Positions 36,137-40,263 of a stretch of 40,263 nt of DNA are shown here, one piece after another. This DNA is from a virus (Duplodnaviria; Caudoviricetes), in the IMG/VR virus record IMGVR_UViG_3300036797_000049, positions 1-40,263 of that record. One strand, written 5' to 3'. Position 1 is the first letter of the stretch. Every line of letters begins with the position of its first letter. The notes beneath the pieces are model-generated. The model made no database searches. It saw nothing but the letters and a program-made list of their open reading frames with translations, and had not been told where the DNA came from. A program made the translations under genes and the position numbers.

Positions 36137-36670
36137 TTAGTAATCGAGAAAGAAGTCGGCAAGCTTGCCGATGTTCCCAACGTTCGCCGCGCTGAAGGTG
36201 AGACCGACCGCAACCACCAGGGCGGGCTCGGCAGATCCGACGATGCCGGCGAGCTGGGCCGCGAGAGCCGCCGAAGCTACGGGAATATTGTTCACGCAGC
36301 TCTTGAAGGTTCCCGACAGCTTCCCAGAGATCGAGTCAAACAGCGCTTCCATCTCAATCTCCCATCCTGCGGTCGTGGTTCCGATTGCGGACGCCGTTCC
36401 GACGCCGATCGCGGTCCAGTTTGCAGGAACGAGAGAGGCTGCGGGCGTGACGAGGGCAGCAAACAGGGTGGGAAGCACGGTAAAAGCGCCGGCAGTCGTC
36501 GCAATTCCCGACGCCCGCACCTTGAAAACCTTCTGCTCGAGGCGATTGGTCCCGAGGATATTCAGGACACAGGCCGCCGCAGGGCTGGAATTTAACGCAG
36601 GGAAAATTTGGGCAGTAGCAACCGCCGCGCTGATTGCAGCCGCGGGTACAGCTTTATTCACAATGGACAT
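36137..36670 (-). CDS. Hypothetical beta-rich protein, possibly virion decoration
   Basis: AAAGGA RBS before ATG 36670; Ala/Thr/Val-rich. Confidence 0.7.
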   Translation of the reverse strand: MSIVNKAVPAAAISAAVATAQIFPALNSSPAAACVLNILGTNRLEQKVFKVRASGIATTAGAFTVLPTLFAALVTPAASLVPANWTAIGVGTASAIGTTTAGWEIEMEALFDSISGKLSGTFKSCVNNIPVASAALAAQLAGIVGSAEPALVVAVGLTFSAANVGNIGKLADFFLDY

Positions 36671-36763
36671 GGGGAGGGTCGTCCTTTCAATTTGGCCGCT
36701 AGGCCCAAAACCATTGCTACTGTAACAGATACATTTTTGCAACACCTTTCTAGGGGTGTGCAA

Positions 36764-37222
36764 CTAAAGCGGTAGTTTTTCCCTTTTTGAACGCATTAGG
36801 CTTTGACCGGCCACAGTTTCGGGTGCTGCTCCGCTAGCTGCTTCGCTGGCCTCGCGCGTCGCCTCGAGCATCTGCCAAAGTACGGCGGGAATATGCGGCG
36901 TGGTCGGCCATGGCTCGTATTCGATCGCCTCTACCGGCAGGCGATAGGTCCAATAGCCCGGTTCGAACTTTTCCGGTGGAACGATGTAGGGGGGAAAATA
37001 TCCCATCACCGCCAGCTCGCCCGCGCGCCAGCGGTCGACCATGAGCTGCTGCGCATAGTGATATTCGCGATCGGCTTCCGCCTCTTCCTTCATCAGTGCC
37101 AAGTCAAACGGCGATCGGATTCGCAAGATGGTCATAAACCAAAAGGATGCTGCTTCGAATGGCCAGGGCCGCGACGTACTCCTGCCGCGCGGCCAGCCTT
37201 GAATGATATCTCTAGCCTTCAA
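36764..37222 (-). CDS. Hypothetical protein
   Basis: AAGGAG RBS before TTG 37222, in frame with ORF 36764..37321. Confidence 0.65.
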   Translation of the reverse strand: MKARDIIQGWPRGRSTSRPWPFEAASFWFMTILRIRSPFDLALMKEEAEADREYHYAQQLMVDRWRAGELAVMGYFPPYIVPPEKFEPGYWTYRLPVEAIEYEPWPTTPHIPAVLWQMLEATREASEAASGAAPETVAGQSLMRSKREKLPL

Positions 37223-37370
37223 TTTCTTTCTCCTTCGGTAAGCGGCAAACATGCTTAGGCATTCTATTTCCGAAAATCTCGGTATAGTACATCGCGCCAC
37301 ACCTCGGGCAGCTTTCGGCATGATAGGTGCAATAGCCTCCGATTATTCCGATGGGGTCGTTGGGGTTCAC
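37212..37370 (-). CDS. Small Cys/His protein (52 aa; not in the supplied ORF track)
   Basis: GTG overlaps the upstream TGA with an AAGGAAG RBS; reads MNPNDPIGIIGGYCTYHAESCPRCGAMYY...KHVC...EG*. Confidence 0.55.
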   Translation of the reverse strand: MNPNDPIGIIGGYCTYHAESCPRCGAMYYTEIFGNRMPKHVCRLPKEKEIEG

Positions 37371-37546
37371 TGCTTCTCTTCCTTGTCGTTATGCCCTGCA
37401 CATGACCCGATACAGCCACAAACCAAGGGCACAGATCCATCCGCGCATCCCTGGTAGTCGTGCAGGTTCTCGGGACGGTTGGCAAATAGCCGATTCAACC
37501 TATTTTCTCGCTCTGCTTCATCAAGTCTTCTATAAAAATCACTCAT
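37367..37546 (-). CDS. Small hypothetical protein
   Basis: ATGA overlap with the upstream stop; GGAG RBS; MSDFYRRLDEAE... Confidence 0.55.
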   Translation of the reverse strand: MSDFYRRLDEAERENRLNRLFANRPENLHDYQGCADGSVPLVCGCIGSCAGHNDKEEKQ

Positions 37547-37833
37547 TCGCTTACTCCATTCGTCTGTGGTATTTCGGGTGTTGCCTGTTCGGGCTTGACC
37601 TTCTTCGGACGTCCTTTTTTGGCTACAGGGAAGGTCTGTTTGCGCCACTGCTGAAAGAGCTTTCTTTCCTCGATCGAGGAAGGGCGAAAGCACATGCGGC
37701 AAACGGTCTTGTCCTTATGCTTCCGGCGCAACTCGGTAAGCTTTTTCCTGCATTCGGGGGAACATGTAACAGCCTTTCGCCGTTCGCGCTCCTCGGGGAT
37801 CTCTATCTGATCGATTACACAGTAAGTTGGCAC
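37543..37833 (-). CDS. Zn-finger-like basic protein
   Basis: CVID...TCSPEC and CRMC motifs; KKGRPKK. Confidence 0.75.
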   Translation of the reverse strand: MPTYCVIDQIEIPEERERRKAVTCSPECRKKLTELRRKHKDKTVCRMCFRPSSIEERKLFQQWRKQTFPVAKKGRPKKVKPEQATPEIPQTNGVSE

Positions 37834-38264
37834 TATCGTCTCCTTAGGTCGTAATGCTTGAAAAAGTTAAGAAGCTCCTCGCAGGAGTCCGTAACACAGA
37901 GGTAGGCCGCGCCGATCTCGTCGACCCATTCCTTGAACGCTTGCTGGTCGCCGGTGAGTTTTCCGGTTCCAGCCTTGCACTCAATCCATAGGGGAATGGT
38001 GACGGTAGTCGTTGACAGTTCCTTTTTCCCGGTTAGAACTCCCAGGCATACGCTCGGCTGAGCCAGCAGATCGGCCATACCCTTACGACGCTTCACGCCC
38101 ATCCGATCGATCCACTCGCCTACAAAGAAAGGCCGCTCTTTGCCGCCCTTGCCTGGGACCGTGAAGGTTCGAGACTGCATTCTCGTAACCGGCACGTCGT
38201 AAAGATTGCAAACATCCTCGACTGCCTTCATAACGCCGTTGCCCGCGTCGCTTGCCCTGCTCAA
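37833..38264 (-). CDS. VRR-NUC / PD-(D/E)XK nuclease
   Basis: KGMADLL...WIECKAGTGKLTGDQQAF...GA.Y motif. Confidence 0.88.
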   Translation of the reverse strand: MSRASDAGNGVMKAVEDVCNLYDVPVTRMQSRTFTVPGKGGKERPFFVGEWIDRMGVKRRKGMADLLAQPSVCLGVLTGKKELSTTTVTIPLWIECKAGTGKLTGDQQAFKEWVDEIGAAYLCVTDSCEELLNFFKHYDLRRR

Positions 38265-38317
38265 TCCTTCATCCTCCTGATTGACTTAACCCGTACCAAT
38301 AGGATACATCAGTATCT

Positions 38318-38566
38318 ATGAAGAATAAAAAGAAATTACTCTCCCGACCTGTCTCCATCAAGACAGAGAAAAACTATCGCATCCGTTTTCGAGATGAGGA
38401 TCAGCTAGAGCTAGTCAAGGACGCAGCTCGCCAACAAGGTATTCCCTTCAATACGTTCGTCATCGACGTTTGCGAGAAGGCCGCGCGCTTTCTCCTCGAG
38501 AACAATCCCCGCGATGGCGCTAAGGTCCTCACCAACGCTGTAAATGCATCTCTCACCGAAAGGTAA
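38318..38566 (+). CDS. Ribbon-helix-helix DNA-binding protein (Arc/DUF1778-like)
   Basis: YRIRFRDEDQLELVKDAARQQGIPFNTFVIDV pattern (beta strand plus two helices). Confidence 0.75.
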   Translation: MKNKKKLLSRPVSIKTEKNYRIRFRDEDQLELVKDAARQQGIPFNTFVIDVCEKAARFLLENNPRDGAKVLTNAVNASLTER

Positions 38567-38577
38567 TTCCGCCAGTC

Positions 38578-39657
38578 ATGCCTAAAGTCGACATATGGAT
38601 GCCGTGGTATATCGCCGAGTATCAAGCAGATACAGCCCATCTGAACCCACCGCAAGATTCCGCCTATCGCCGCCTTCTTGAGCATCAATGGAAGACTCGC
38701 CGACCGCTCCCGAACGACGTCCTGGCCCTGATCCAGATCACGAAGATGAGCCATTTTTTTGTCGATGCTACAAGCATTCCTCTTGCATGTGTTGAGCATG
38801 CCTCTAGCATCGGCCGAGCATCGGCCTCAAAAGAGGATCGGATGCTCTATGCATGGATTCTGGATCTCCTAAATCAGTTCTTTCACCAGAATCCGGATGG
38901 TACTTGGTCGCAGCTCCGACTAGAGAAGGAACTGCGTGTTTGGGGCGAAAAGAGCGACGTTGCAACGGAAAAGGCACGGCGCGCGGCGTGGAATAGATGG
39001 CACCCAAACGAGCCATATCCCGGCGATGCTCCAAGCATTACGCAAGCAGAACCCGAGCAATCCCCTTCATCGTCATCAGGAAAGCTTAAAAGCAAGTACC
39101 AACAGCGGACTATCGTCCGCTTGCGGCCTGAAGCCGGAAAGCGGGTTGGTTCGGTCCGGTCCTCCGAGCGACCTAAAGGCGAAACAAAAACGAACCCCAA
39201 AAACGTCGCTGGAGCGATCGGAGAACCCCTAAACGTCTCCGAGGTAGCCCCGAGGCGATCGGAGCGCGCCAAGGTGCCCCAGAAATCTGTTGCTCATGCA
39301 ACCAAAACAGGCGGGGAGTCGACAAAAACACGTCCGGAGACCGACCCGCGATTCGGATCCTTCCGAGATGAGTTTTTCAAGTTCTGGAAGGAGGTAAACA
39401 GGAAGGTGATCGCCGAGGGTAAGGTGAGCCCTGCGTGTCCGTGGGGGCCGCGTGAGCGTTCGGAGCTGGCGCGCTGGCTGGCTATAAATACGGCCGTTTC
39501 GCTTCCGATGCTCCAAGCATTACTTTTGCATCGCGCGGCGTCGGAATTAGTCGTAGCCTCTCAGCCTCCGTATATATGGATAAAGGATCTATCTAGTTAC
39601 GCCTATGGGCCGCTCGATCGGTACAAGAAGCCGCAGCGATCGCGCCCAGGTAGGTAA
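38578..39657 (+). CDS. DUF1376 (YdaU-like) phage replication protein
   Basis: WMPWYIAEYQADTAHL...AYRRLL..QW...PLP.D and KARRAA..RW motifs; internal iterons. Confidence 0.85.
   Translation: MPKVDIWMPWYIAEYQADTAHLNPPQDSAYRRLLEHQWKTRRPLPNDVLALIQITKMSHFFVDATSIPLACVEHASSIGRASASKEDRMLYAWILDLLNQFFHQNPDGTWSQLRLEKELRVWGEKSDVATEKARRAAWNRWHPNEPYPGDAPSITQAEPEQSPSSSSGKLKSKYQQRTIVRLRPEAGKRVGSVRSSERPKGETKTNPKNVAGAIGEPLNVSEVAPRRSERAKVPQKSVAHATKTGGESTKTRPETDPRFGSFRDEFFKFWKEVNRKVIAEGKVSPACPWGPRERSELARWLAINTAVSLPMLQALLLHRAASELVVASQPPYIWIKDLSSYAYGPLDRYKKPQRSRPGR
38764..39060 (+). repeat. 11-bp-phased iterons (TGC-N5-GCA-like), probable replication origin
   Basis: (A/T)GCAT at 38773, 38784, 38795, 38806 and 38817; AGCA at 39034, 39045 and 39056; CGATGCTCCAAGCATTAC at 39024 and again at 39506. 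Confidence 0.75.
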
Positions 39658-39768
39658 CACTTTCAATGAACCTTTTGGCACCAGCGTGCATTTTTGCTGG
39701 CGATTTTGCTTGCTTTCTGATTCGCTATAAATTCGCCTATAGAGGGTAAGAGCATCTAAGCTTGAGAA

Positions 39769-40059
39769 ATGGAGGGTACGAACGTGGTCAAGGATGTAGA
39801 CGGAAACGAGCTTCGCGAGAATGACATCGTGAAGGTAGACGTCACGGACACGACGCGCATAACCGGCGTCATCAAGGAGTTCCATTCTGGCAAAGGCCGG
39901 TCGCAGTCGAAGAGATTCATGCGCGTAGCCTTCCAGTACGACGTACCGATCGAGAGCGATGACCCGATGGAGGGCGTTGAGCGGATCATAGAGAGTGGCA
40001 CCTATGCCGCGAAGCCTGCCCGAGTGAGTAAGGCGTCTAAGTCTGCCCGTAGAGCGTAA
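39769..40059 (+). CDS. Small hypothetical protein (SH3/KOW-like beta barrel)
   Basis: KDVDGNELRENDIVKV motif. Confidence 0.65.
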   Translation: MEGTNVVKDVDGNELRENDIVKVDVTDTTRITGVIKEFHSGKGRSQSKRFMRVAFQYDVPIESDDPMEGVERIIESGTYAAKPARVSKASKSARRA

Positions 40060-40263
40060 TAAATAAGCTGCACATGCAGCGACACATTTAGCCCGGTTAG
40101 CGATCTTTATACGGTTGCGCCGGGTTTTCTGTGCCTGAAACAACAAGCTAAAACATTGCCACAATCGCTAGGTGTGAGAGCGTGTAAGCAAGAGGGCGAA
40201 GTGTCCTTTTACTAAAATATTGAAACAATGCTTGACTTACGCGCTATGAAATTGATACCGCCG

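Larger units (their letters stand above)
1..40263. mobile_element. Probable complete tailed-phage (podovirus-like) genome
   Basis: Terminase, portal, scaffold, capsid, adaptor/nozzle, ejection-type, lysis and replication genes are all present. + strand genes become contiguous if the ends are joined. No host housekeeping flanks are seen. Confidence 0.9.

Noticed and set aside
36113-36729. 10-bp inverted repeat (tctgttacag / ctgtaacaga) flanking gene 36137-36670 as an invertible segment
   Set aside because: Too short, nearly self-palindromic, and no invertase is encoded.
38281-38310. TTGACT-based promoter for the RHH gene
   Set aside because: No convincing -10 at 16-18 bp spacing; plausible but unsupported.
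1-40263. Integrase, cI repressor, tRNA genes, DNA polymerase, DGR reverse transcriptase
   Set aside because: No recognisable motifs were found by eye; lifestyle cannot be determined and a divergent gene could have been missed.

Overview
This window looks like an essentially complete ~40 kb podovirus-type (P22/N4-gp56-like morphogenesis) bacteriophage genome. If the ends are joined, all + strand genes form one block (38318-40059 continuing into 298-4614). That block holds an RHH regulator, a DUF1376 replication protein with internal iterons, a clamp-loader-like AAA+ ATPase, ArdC, a DUF6884-like protein and small ORFs. The - strand holds a late block (38264 to 9696: VRR-NUC, terminase, portal, scaffold, capsid, adaptors, nozzle, ejection proteins, tail fibre, lysis genes) and a middle block (9541 to 4724: KhpA-like KH protein, SMC-like ATPase, DnaC-like loader). 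I recognised no integrase, cI-type repressor, DNA polymerase, tRNA or CRISPR array. The most unusual features are: (i) an early cassette-like array where four consecutive genes are each preceded by the identical 18-nt UUCG-hairpin module TCGGGTTCGCCCGTACCT plus an RBS; (ii) 11-bp-phased iteron-like arrays both inside the DUF1376 gene and flanking the first early gene; (iii) a terminase large subunit with intact ATPase motifs but an apparently degenerate nuclease site and no recognisable small subunit; (iv) a phage-borne KhpA homologue; (v) a capsid protein with a 60-aa hydrophobic leader; (vi) a holin-like protein fused in frame to a lipoprotein. All family calls come from motif recognition by eye, not from database searches.
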